From positions 9,474 to 73,473 of the forward strand of contig JABWBH010000016.1 in NCBI GenBank assembly GCA_013360585.1: a stretch of 64,000 nt of DNA, read 5' to 3'. The notes beneath the pieces were generated by a model. It saw only the letters and a list, made by a program, of their open reading frames with translations, did no database searches and was not told where the DNA came from. A program made the translations under genes and the position numbers. This DNA is from Phycisphaerae bacterium. Lineage in GTDB: Bacteria > Planctomycetota > Phycisphaerae > UBA1845. Positions 10,254 to 19,132 of the stretch are shown one piece after another; position 1 is the first letter of the stretch, and every line of letters starts with the position of its first letter.

Positions 10254-10910
10254 TCAGGCCGCGCGGTACACGCCGCGCTCGACGCGCTTGGCGCCCTTGA
10301 GCTTGCCCATCGTGTTGTTGATGGCGTCGGCAAGCTTCTTGGACTTCGTCTTGTAACCGGCCTTGAGCACGGCGCTTTCGATCTCGGCGATGCTCATGCT
10401 CTTGCCGGTCTCCTTGAGCACCTTGAGGATCATGTCGTTGAGGGAACCGGGGCGGTAGCCGCCGCTCTTCTTCAGGCCCGGACCCTTGCCCCTGGTTGCG
10501 CCTTTCTTGCCCTTGCCTTTGCGACGAAGCTTCGGCGCCGCCTTGGGAGCGGAAGCGCTCTTGGCGCGGCGACCACGTTTTCGCTTCGCGGGAGCGGAGG
10601 CGGCGGAACCGCCCATCGAGGAGATCGCGCCCTGGAGGGCGGACAGTTGCTGATCAATGCGCTCGCGCTGAGCCGTCAACTGAGCGCAGTAGGCGTTGAG
10701 CGTCTCGGAGAAGTCATCCGACGCAACGAGGGCGGCGGACATCGGCGACGGGGCGCCGGTGCGCTTGACGCCCGCCCGCTTCCCCTTCTTCCCCTTTTTG
10801 GCCGGCGCGCCGGTCATCGAGACGTTATGCACGGCCTTCATGTGCCGGCCGAGGTGCGGCGGCATTGCGAACTTCTGACCGCAGATCTTACAAACCAGAT
10901 TTTTCTTCAT
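10254..10910 (-). CDS. C2H2 zinc finger + coiled coil + Lys/Ala-rich linker + winged-HTH DNA-binding protein
   Basis: CKICGQKFAMPPHLGRHMKAVH; very basic middle region; C-terminal SLNDMILKVL...VERGVY; AAGGAG RBS. Confidence 0.8.
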   Translation of the reverse strand: MKKNLVCKICGQKFAMPPHLGRHMKAVHNVSMTGAPAKKGKKGKRAGVKRTGAPSPMSAALVASDDFSETLNAYCAQLTAQRERIDQQLSALQGAISSMGGSAASAPAKRKRGRRAKSASAPKAAPKLRRKGKGKKGATRGKGPGLKKSGGYRPGSLNDMILKVLKETGKSMSIAEIESAVLKAGYKTKSKKLADAINNTMGKLKGAKRVERGVYRAA

Positions 10911-11424
10911 GCTTCTGAAACTCCTTTCATCATCATGCGACGGCCGCCAGGCTGGTCGAATACATGACCGCCCGCGACTCGGGTTCGTCGCCCACTGTTC
11001 TGGAGACCGACCGCTCCGCGCACCGCGCGCAGAGAGACCGACGGAAGAAGCGCCCAAGACGCTCTCCGAAATTCAATTCCCGGTACTCTGTGTCAAGAAA
11101 ACTCAATGCTCTGGACGTTGTGCCCTGATCGCTTCATGCCTTTCGGGCAATCGGCTTCCCTACCGGCGGTCATTCGCGGGGGGCGGACCAAGACGCCGCG
11201 ACCTTCCCAGCGCGGCTCGGCAAAAAAGGGGGGTTAACCGAACGACTCCTGCGCACCGAACCGAACGCTCCGACGCTCTGCGGCGGCGCCACATCGCCGC
11301 AGTCATTTCAGACTCCGGCACCTGTCTGATCCTGTCCGGCGGACTGTACCGACCGATGCCGTGAGGTATACAATCACAACCCCCCGCCGGTGTCAAGTGT
11401 GCCAATACCCGACGTCCGACAGAG

Positions 11425-14400
11425 GTGGTCCAGATGTTCACAACAGGTTGTTCAGGGAAGGCGGATGAGACGAAGGCCCCCCGGAGCGCCCCACCGGTGT
11501 TCGCCCGACTCCGCAATCCGCGACGCCGATTGCATACCTGGATGGCCTGGGGAATGATCACAGTCGTCGCGGTCTGCTCTGTCCCGTCCGTCGCGCAGGA
11601 TCGCCCGCAGGACATTCTGATCGAGTTCCTCACCCCGCGGCATTCCGACGCAGACGGACGGGCCGCACAACCCGACTCCGACCCTACATCGGTGACGTTC
11701 TTGCAACGGGCGGAAGACGCCATCGCCCGCGGAGACTGGAAACTGGCGATCGACTCGCTTCAGCGGAATGTCACAGAAGGCGGGCGAGTCCTTTGTAAAC
11801 GCGAGCCGTCCCGGCAGCCTGACGATGCCTCCCGGCTGAAAGACACGACCCTTTTTGAGTCCGCGCGGCGCCAGGCCCTGCGACGAATGCGCTCGTTCGA
11901 CGCCCGCGGGCGCGAGGCGTACGAGCTTTTGTATTCCGGGATGGTGTCCGGACTGCTGGCGGCGGCGGAGACGAAGGGGGACGAAGCGCCTCTCGTTACG
12001 GCGACGTCCGCCTACCCCCTCTGCAAAGCCTCGGTGGACGCCTTTGACGAACTGTCCAGCCGGCAGTTGGATTCGGGCCGGGCGGCGGCGGCGATCACGA
12101 CGCTGGAGGAACTGGCATTGTGGCATCCGGAAGCGGCCGCCGCGCCGCGTTTGCGACTTCGGATGGCGGCGGCTTTGACGTTGGCGGGGAGGCAGGTCGA
12201 AGCCCGGCGCGTAGTGCGCGAGGTGTTGGAGCGCCCGGATCTGGACGAGGGTGCTCGCGCCGCGGCGGAGGATTTGTCAACCTGGGCCGCGTCGCTGAAC
12301 CTGATTGCTCGGGACTCCGCCCCGCACAACGGAGATCGTCACACTTCCGTCGGCATTCAACAAGCGACCGGTGCGTCGTTGTCCTCTCCTGCGCCGTGGG
12401 CGCTGTCGCTGACCGACGACTTGCACAGTCGGTGGGACTACATCAGGCTGGCATGCCGGGCGTGGACACTGCCTTTGCCTCCCGTGCTGAACACGGCGCA
12501 GGACGCGGAGCAATTCTTTGTGCGAACCGCGGACGGATGCCTCGCCCTGAACCTCTCGACGCTGCAACGGTCGTGGACCTGGCGGGAAACGGATTGGCCG
12601 CAGAGAACATCGGGCGTTAATCCGGCGGGAAGTCCGACGGAAATTCTGGGTCGGTGGATCGCGGAGTCTTCAGTGGACGCCCTGGGGGCAAGCATCACCG
12701 CGTACGAGGGGCGTGTGTATGTCCTCGAAAGGCGTCCGGCCCAAAGCGGCGAGAACTACCTGATCCAGCGGCTCCGTCGCGGCATGATTGACGTGGATCC
12801 GGATTCGGACACGGCGCTGGACTGGGTCGGGGGGCTTCCGCGCCGGCTGGTGGCGCTGGATGCGTCGACGGGCACGGAACTGTGGTCGCTCAATGCCGAC
12901 GGTCGTGCGACGGATCCGTTTCACGACCTCTGCTTCCTGGGCCCGCCGCTGGGCGTCGGCGGAGCGTTGTGGTTGTTGTATGCCCAGGGGAACGACATCT
13001 ACCTCGCCGTCGTGGATGCGGAACGGGGGGAACTGGCGGACCGGATGCATCTGTGCTCCGCGGAGGGACTGGACGCGGGGCGCGGAGCCGCTCTGCACTG
13101 CACCACCGACGGCGAGCGTGTCTACGCACAGACGGGACGGGGACTGCTGGCGGCGATTCATGCGCAGCGGCGGACCTTTGAGTGGGCGTACACCTACAAC
13201 GACGGGCATTACACGGTCTGGCATCAGCGCAGCGATCAGCTTGCGGGAAGGATGGGCTGGCTGCCCGAACCTGTGATGACGGCGGGCGGGAGGGTTATTC
13301 ACGCGCCTTACGATGATGACCAGCTCTGGGTGCATGACGCCCGCACGGGCGAAGTCTTGTGGCATACTCCGGCGGGCAGACATCAGTACGTGATTTCGAC
13401 GGACGGTGCGTCGGTCTGGCTGGGAGGCGATCGCATTTCGCGTCTGTCGCTGGCGGACGGCGAGACGATCTGGACGGTCGCGCGGGACATGCTTTCGGAG
13501 GGCGATCCGGCGCCCTCCACCTGCGGTCGCGCGGTTCATTGCGGCGCGTCAATCCTGGTTCCGTCCGAGCGGGCCTTGATCGAGCTTGACGCGGATTCGG
13601 GTCGCCTGCTGAGCAGCCGCATGTATGCGGAGGGACAGGCGCCGCCGGGACATCTCATCAGCACCGGAACCGCGCTGGTGGCGATCGACCCTGCGACCGT
13701 GCGCCTCTACCCGGACTTGGAGCACGCGCTGCCGAAGGCGCTGGCGGCGCTTCAAGCCGAGCCGGTCCCGGCCCGCAATGTCCTTCACGCCTCGTGGTTG
13801 ACGTACCTGAGCGGCGACCCGGCGGAAGCGCTGCGACTCCTGAATACGCCCTCCGTCGGCGCTGAAGCGGCGGACGAGGATCGTCGCGCCCACCTGACGG
13901 TGCTTTGCCTGCTGGATCAGTCGGCGCGCAGCGCGAGCGCGGATGAAAGACGCCGCCTCTGCGAGTCGGCGGAAGCGGTAGCGCGGACGCCAGACGACCG
14001 GTTGCGCGTCTCTTCGGCGCTCGCCGACGCGCTGTCGGCGTCCGGCGAATCTGCGGCGGCCTTCAGGAAACTCTGGACGATCATCGCGGACCTTGCGCCT
14101 CGTGAAGATTTCTTCGGAGCAGACGGGAACGCGATAGCGGACGGGGCGGCTCGCCTTTCCGGACGGTTGCGGGCGATCGAGGCGGATCTGGATGACCCCG
14201 AGCGACATCGCCTCAGGACGTGGGCACAGTCTCTCGTGGCGCAAGCGGAGCAGCGTCTCAAGCAGGATGACGCCGCGAGGGCGTGGTCGTTCCTGAGGTC
14301 CGTCGCAGGCCTGGATTTCGCCGGCGGCGGCGCCGACGCCGCCTGGTTGCTGCTCGGGCATGCCGCCGTCGCGGATCAACGATATGAGTTCGCGGAATCG

Positions 14401-15978
14401 GCGTACGCCCGCGTCGTCGAGCTTTCGCAACGTCCGGCGACGACGGTGGAGGCGTTGATCGCGCTTTCCAGGCTTTACCTTCCCGACGCGCTGAACGTTC
14501 CAGGTCGGCGGGTCGCCGCGCTTGAGCAACTGCGGGAGCGGTTTTCCGGCGTCGCATTGCCCGCGGCGCACGCCGAGGAGCACCGGGGCATCCGCACAGT
14601 CTCGGACTGGCTCGCGCGTCAACCGGCGCCTCGGGGAGCGACGGGGTTGCGGTCGGACGGGTTGTTCCGGCTTGCGCGGGAAGCCGGGGGGGGGATTGAA
14701 GGAGTGTCCGAAGCGGTGGCGTTTGTCGACGTGTCACCGATGTCCGACGCGGCGGCGTTCGCGTGGGATGAGGTTGTGTTTCTGAGCAGGGGCAATGCGT
14801 TGATCGCCCGTCGCCTTTCCGACGGCGGGCTCGCGTGGGCGAGTCAACTGGCGCTGCCGAATCAGCCTGCGAGCGGCGCCTCCCCGGGCAGCCGGGATTC
14901 GTGGATCACGACCCGAGGCGCGGTATGCGGCGCAGCGCTCCTCCTGCCGGATCAACAAGCGCTTCACGCGGTCGGATTGCGCACCGGAAAGCGACTCTGG
15001 AGCGCGGCGTACCGGTTGCCGCCGGTGATCGGCGAGCCGCCGCCTTCGGGATGGGAGTTCTGCGTCGTGGTAGGCGGGCGCGTGGCGTATCTGCCGACGT
15101 GGGGGGAGGCGGCCCTCCTGGACGTTGCAGACGGCGCGCCGGTCTGGACGGCGCGGACATCGGGAACGCCGCTGATGGCGCTGAGCGCGGACGGCGGGCG
15201 CGTTTTCGCCCTGGAGATGGGGCTTTCCGGAGTCCACGTGATTCAAGCAGACGACGGAGAGGTGACGCGGCGGATCGCGTTCGCCGGACCGGACGAAGAC
15301 GCGCCGGAGATACACCCCGGACCGTGGGTTCGGGCGGGGCTTCTGGTCGGCGCCGCACCGGAGAGTGAAGGCGTCGTCTGGGTCGGGGTGGATCCCGACA
15401 GCGGCGCGGAGAGGTGGCGGTGGAGCCCGACCGGAGAGGTGGTTCGCGCGCTGACGGTGGGAACGAGCGGCGTCGGTGCGGCGCTGAGTGAAGGACGGTT
15501 CGTCGCCCTTGACGCCGGAACCGGGCAGGTGATCGTGGATGCAGCGCTGCCGGACGGACCGGTGGTCGGGGCGACGCGCATCGGCGAGTTCGTGCTCGTG
15601 CAGTGCGGGGCTTATGATGGCGGCGGGTCGCGTTCGACGCTCGCGGCGTTTGACGCGGCGACGGGCGCCCCGGTCTGGACGCGGGAAGACGCGGTGATGC
15701 CCGAGTTGCCTGAAGCACTGTGGCGGGAATGCGGCGACCGCCTGCCGATGTTATTGCAGCGGGAGGCGCGATCCGGACGTCGCGGGACGGCGGTGGACGT
15801 GGCGATGGTGGATGTGCGGACGGGGCGGGCGGTGGGTCCGTCGTTGACGCTGATTGAATCTGACTCGCGGGAGCGGCCCACGGCGGGCATGACACGGCGC
15901 GGCGGGCAGCTCGTCATTCCGACGACGGTCGGCGTCCGCGTTATTGATCTTGAGACCGAATCAGAAAGCGGCGGATAA
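11425..15978 (+). CDS. Large PQQ-like beta-propeller (BamB-like) repeat / TPR protein; start uncertain
   Basis: Repeated ALDASTGTELW, DARTGEVLW and AFDAATGAPVW motifs separated by helical TPR-like segments; signal-like N-terminus. Confidence 0.8.
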   Translation: MVQMFTTGCSGKADETKAPRSAPPVFARLRNPRRRLHTWMAWGMITVVAVCSVPSVAQDRPQDILIEFLTPRHSDADGRAAQPDSDPTSVTFLQRAEDAIARGDWKLAIDSLQRNVTEGGRVLCKREPSRQPDDASRLKDTTLFESARRQALRRMRSFDARGREAYELLYSGMVSGLLAAAETKGDEAPLVTATSAYPLCKASVDAFDELSSRQLDSGRAAAAITTLEELALWHPEAAAAPRLRLRMAAALTLAGRQVEARRVVREVLERPDLDEGARAAAEDLSTWAASLNLIARDSAPHNGDRHTSVGIQQATGASLSSPAPWALSLTDDLHSRWDYIRLACRAWTLPLPPVLNTAQDAEQFFVRTADGCLALNLSTLQRSWTWRETDWPQRTSGVNPAGSPTEILGRWIAESSVDALGASITAYEGRVYVLERRPAQSGENYLIQRLRRGMIDVDPDSDTALDWVGGLPRRLVALDASTGTELWSLNADGRATDPFHDLCFLGPPLGVGGALWLLYAQGNDIYLAVVDAERGELADRMHLCSAEGLDAGRGAALHCTTDGERVYAQTGRGLLAAIHAQRRTFEWAYTYNDGHYTVWHQRSDQLAGRMGWLPEPVMTAGGRVIHAPYDDDQLWVHDARTGEVLWHTPAGRHQYVISTDGASVWLGGDRISRLSLADGETIWTVARDMLSEGDPAPSTCGRAVHCGASILVPSERALIELDADSGRLLSSRMYAEGQAPPGHLISTGTALVAIDPATVRLYPDLEHALPKALAALQAEPVPARNVLHASWLTYLSGDPAEALRLLNTPSVGAEAADEDRRAHLTVLCLLDQSARSASADERRRLCESAEAVARTPDDRLRVSSALADALSASGESAAAFRKLWTIIADLAPREDFFGADGNAIADGAARLSGRLRAIEADLDDPERHRLRTWAQSLVAQAEQRLKQDDAARAWSFLRSVAGLDFAGGGADAAWLLLGHAAVADQRYEFAESAYARVVELSQRPATTVEALIALSRLYLPDALNVPGRRVAALEQLRERFSGVALPAAHAEEHRGIRTVSDWLARQPAPRGATGLRSDGLFRLAREAGGGIEGVSEAVAFVDVSPMSDAAAFAWDEVVFLSRGNALIARRLSDGGLAWASQLALPNQPASGASPGSRDSWITTRGAVCGAALLLPDQQALHAVGLRTGKRLWSAAYRLPPVIGEPPPSGWEFCVVVGGRVAYLPTWGEAALLDVADGAPVWTARTSGTPLMALSADGGRVFALEMGLSGVHVIQADDGEVTRRIAFAGPDEDAPEIHPGPWVRAGLLVGAAPESEGVVWVGVDPDSGAERWRWSPTGEVVRALTVGTSGVGAALSEGRFVALDAGTGQVIVDAALPDGPVVGATRIGEFVLVQCGAYDGGGSRSTLAAFDAATGAPVWTREDAVMPELPEALWRECGDRLPMLLQREARSGRRGTAVDVAMVDVRTGRAVGPSLTLIESDSRERPTAGMTRRGGQLVIPTTVGVRVIDLETESESGG

Positions 15979-15987
15979 ACCTGACCG

Positions 15988-17061
15988 ATGATCCGGCACC
16001 CTTTGTTCTCGGGAGTTCTTTCTGCGCTGATCGCGGCGGGACCGACGTCCGTCGTTTTCGCGCGAGCGGCCTTCCTGGGACAGGACGCCCCCGTCAACCG
16101 TCTTCCGAAGCACATCACGCCTGAGACACAGGCGGCAATCGACCGCGGACTGGCGTTCCTGGCGGGAGTCCAGAACCGGGACGGATCGTGGGCGAATCGC
16201 GCCGGCGCCGAAGGTTTTCCGGTGGCGATGACGGCGCTGTCGGGCGTGGCGTTTCTGATGGACGGGAACACGACGACGACCGGGCGTTATGCCGAGAACG
16301 TCGAGCGAGCGCTGCGGTTCATTCTGGGGTCGCAGACGCCGACGGGCCTGATCGCGCGCGAGGCGGTCGAAAGCCGACCGATGTTCGGTCACGGATTCTC
16401 GTTGCTCTTTCTAGGTGAGTTGCACGGGATGGTCGAAAGTCCGCAGCGCCAGCGGGAGATTCAGGACGTGCTGCGTCGCGGCGTGGTCCTGACGGCGCGC
16501 AGCCAGAGCCCGCTGGGGGGGTGGATTTACACGCCGGACTCACGCGGGGACGAAGGCTCGGTGACGATCACGCAGGTTCAGGGGCTGCGCTCTTGCCGCA
16601 ACAGCGGCGTCGAAGTTCCGAAGGATCTGATCGACAACGCGATGAAATACCTCGACCGCTCGCAGAATCCCGACGGCGGGATTGCGTACACGGCGTCGCG
16701 CCCCGGTCCGTCACGGACCCCGATCACGGCGGCGGCGGCGGCGTGCTGGCTGAACGCAGGCGAGTATGACAACCCGCGGTTGAAGCGTGCGATGGATTAT
16801 TGCCGGCGCTCGATCGGTCCGGACGGCGTAATCGGCGATCATTTTTTCTACGCCAACGTGTACTGGGCGCAGTCGGTGTACCTGGCGGACGACGGGTACT
16901 GGGACGTGTACTTCCCGCTGGTGCGCGATCGGATCCTCAGCCTGCAGAGCACCGACGACGGCTCGTGGCCGGGGGAGGGGGTCGGCGAGGTTTACGGCAC
17001 GGCGATGGCGCTGATCATTTTACAGATCCCGTATAACCGGCTGCCGATCATGCAGCGATGA
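15988..17061 (+). CDS. Prenyltransferase/squalene-oxidase repeat (QW) protein
   Basis: QNRDGSW, QSPLGGWIY, SQNPDGGIAY and QSTDDGSW repeats; signal peptide. Confidence 0.85.
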   Translation: MIRHPLFSGVLSALIAAGPTSVVFARAAFLGQDAPVNRLPKHITPETQAAIDRGLAFLAGVQNRDGSWANRAGAEGFPVAMTALSGVAFLMDGNTTTTGRYAENVERALRFILGSQTPTGLIAREAVESRPMFGHGFSLLFLGELHGMVESPQRQREIQDVLRRGVVLTARSQSPLGGWIYTPDSRGDEGSVTITQVQGLRSCRNSGVEVPKDLIDNAMKYLDRSQNPDGGIAYTASRPGPSRTPITAAAAACWLNAGEYDNPRLKRAMDYCRRSIGPDGVIGDHFFYANVYWAQSVYLADDGYWDVYFPLVRDRILSLQSTDDGSWPGEGVGEVYGTAMALIILQIPYNRLPIMQR

Positions 17062-17139
17062 TGATGTGCGAACGCCGCGGTGGACACAGGACGGTATTGC
17101 GCGTGACCGATCAGCAAGTCCGTGTTTAAGGAATTCAAG

Positions 17140-18177
17140 ATGCAGAACGATGTAGAAGCGGTTGAGGCGTTGCGCAGCGGGTATGCGCGCCTTCGCGCCG
17201 AGATGGGCAAAGTCATCGTCGGGCAGGACGACGTGCTGGAGCAGCTCTTCATCGCGCTTTTTGCGGGAGGGCACTGCATTCTGGAGGGCGTGCCCGGGCT
17301 GGCGAAGACGCTGATGATCTCGACGCTGGCGCGATGTCTGGACCTGAGATTCAACCGCATCCAGTTCACGCCGGACCTGATGCCCTCGGATATCACGGGG
17401 ACGGAGGTGATTCAGGAGGACAAGGCGAGCGGCACGCGGATGTTCAAGTTCCTGCCGGGGCCGGTCTTCACGAACGTGCTGCTGGCGGACGAGATCAACC
17501 GCACTCCGCCGAAGACGCAGGCGGCGCTGCTGGAGGCGATGCAGGAGCGGCACGTGACGGTCGGCGGCGAGCGGCACGATCTGCCCGGCGTCTTCTTCGT
17601 GCTGGCGACGCAGAACCCGATCGAGCAGGAGGGAACGTATCCGCTGCCGGAGGCGCAGCAGGACCGGTTTCTTTTCAAGATCAACGTCGGCTACCCGCCG
17701 TATGACGAGGAGCTGGCGATCGCGGAGCGGACGACGGCGGGTGCGGCGCCGGAGGTGGCGCGGGTGTTCGACGGTGCAGCGATCACCGGGTTTCAGCCGG
17801 TGGTCCGGCGCGTGCCGGCGGCGCCGGATGTTCTTCATTACGCCCTGCGTCTCGTGCGCGCGACCCGCCCGGAAGACGAATCCGCACCGGCGATCGTGCG
17901 AAGCATGATCACGTGGGGCGCCGGTCCGCGGGCGGTGCAGGGGTTGATCCTCGCCGGCAAGGCGCGGGCCGTGATTCACGGCAGGAGTCACGTCGCCGTC
18001 GAGGACCTCTCCGCATCCGCCCCCGCGGTTCTGCGACACCGCCTCGTCCTGAACTACTCCGCCGAGGCCGAGGGGTACTCGCCCGACCGGATGATCGAGG
18101 AATTGATCGAGTACGTCGATCCGCACGCGACGGGTCCGGGCAGCAATGAGCGATTCCAGAAAGTTCTTTCAACCTGA
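17140..18177 (+). CDS. moxR: MoxR family AAA+ ATPase
   Basis: LEGVPGLAKT, RIQFTPDLMPSDITG, LADEINRTPPKTQAALLEAMQE, ATQNPIEQEGTYPLPEAQQDRF. Confidence 0.95.
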   Translation: MQNDVEAVEALRSGYARLRAEMGKVIVGQDDVLEQLFIALFAGGHCILEGVPGLAKTLMISTLARCLDLRFNRIQFTPDLMPSDITGTEVIQEDKASGTRMFKFLPGPVFTNVLLADEINRTPPKTQAALLEAMQERHVTVGGERHDLPGVFFVLATQNPIEQEGTYPLPEAQQDRFLFKINVGYPPYDEELAIAERTTAGAAPEVARVFDGAAITGFQPVVRRVPAAPDVLHYALRLVRATRPEDESAPAIVRSMITWGAGPRAVQGLILAGKARAVIHGRSHVAVEDLSASAPAVLRHRLVLNYSAEAEGYSPDRMIEELIEYVDPHATGPGSNERFQKVLST

Positions 18178-19054
18178 CGTCCTGAAGGCGATCACGCCGC
18201 TGGAACTGCGCGCCCGCCAGGTCGTCAACGGCTTCCTGTCCGGGATGCACCGCAGTCGGTACCGCGGATTCTCCGTCGAGTTCGCGTCGCACCGCCTTTA
18301 TGCCCCGGGCGACGACCTGCGGCACATCGACTGGCGCGCGTTCGGGCGCCTCGACAAGCCCTTCATCAAGGAGCACGAGGTCGAAACCAACCTGCGCGTC
18401 CACCTGCTGCTGGACGGTTCGGAATCGATGGCGTACCCGGAGCATGCGCGGGACGGTCGGATGACGAAGTGGGAGTACGCGGCGACGGTCGCGGCGTCGC
18501 TGGCGCATCTGCTGGTGGGGCAGCAGGACTCGGTCGGGTTGACGTTGTTTGATGAAGACGTGGTGAACGTCGCGCCGCCGTCGACGCGCAAGGCGTCTTT
18601 GTCGGGGCTGATCGGCTCGATCGCGGAACATCGCCCGCAACGGCGGACGCAGGCGCGGGTCGTGCTGGATGAGCTGTCGGGGCGCGCCCGCGGGCGTGGG
18701 ATGGTGATCCTGCTGTCGGATCTGCTGACGGACGTGGATGAGTTGATCGCGGGACTGAGGCGCCTCCGCTTCAGCGGGCAGGAGCTGCTCGTGCTGCACA
18801 TTCTGGACCACGACGAGCTGGAGTTTCCTTTTCTGGACCGGACGCAGTTCGTCGGGATGGAGGATGCGTCGCTCGACGTGCTGGCGGATCCTCAGTCCCT
18901 GCGAACCGCGTATCTTGAGGCGCTGCATCGCTTCCTGACGCGCGTGCGCGGGGCATGCGTCAATCAGCGGATCGACTACGCTTTGTTCAACACTTCTGAT
19001 CCGCTGGACATCGTTCTGACGCGGTTCCTGGCGCGGCGGCGCGGCGCCAGGTAA
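18146..19054 (+). CDS. DUF58 domain protein
   Basis: GMHRSRYRGFSVEFASHRLYAPGDDLRHIDW, LLDGSESM, LLSDLL; follows moxR. Confidence 0.9.
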   Translation: MSDSRKFFQPDVLKAITPLELRARQVVNGFLSGMHRSRYRGFSVEFASHRLYAPGDDLRHIDWRAFGRLDKPFIKEHEVETNLRVHLLLDGSESMAYPEHARDGRMTKWEYAATVAASLAHLLVGQQDSVGLTLFDEDVVNVAPPSTRKASLSGLIGSIAEHRPQRRTQARVVLDELSGRARGRGMVILLSDLLTDVDELIAGLRRLRFSGQELLVLHILDHDELEFPFLDRTQFVGMEDASLDVLADPQSLRTAYLEALHRFLTRVRGACVNQRIDYALFNTSDPLDIVLTRFLARRRGAR

Positions 19055-19132
19055 TCAAGATGGCGGGATGCAGATTGTTGACAGAAGAAGGCGGGGCTGG
19101 ATGCGCCAGCACGGCAGGGCGAGCGGTAACGT

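Noticed and set aside
11085-11400. Two minus-strand TTGACA hexamers upstream of the zinc-finger gene
   Set aside because: No properly spaced -10 box, so a promoter call cannot be supported.
15988-17061. Squalene-hopene cyclase call
   Set aside because: Only 357 aa, secreted, and lacks the DXDD catalytic motif; it has QW repeats only.
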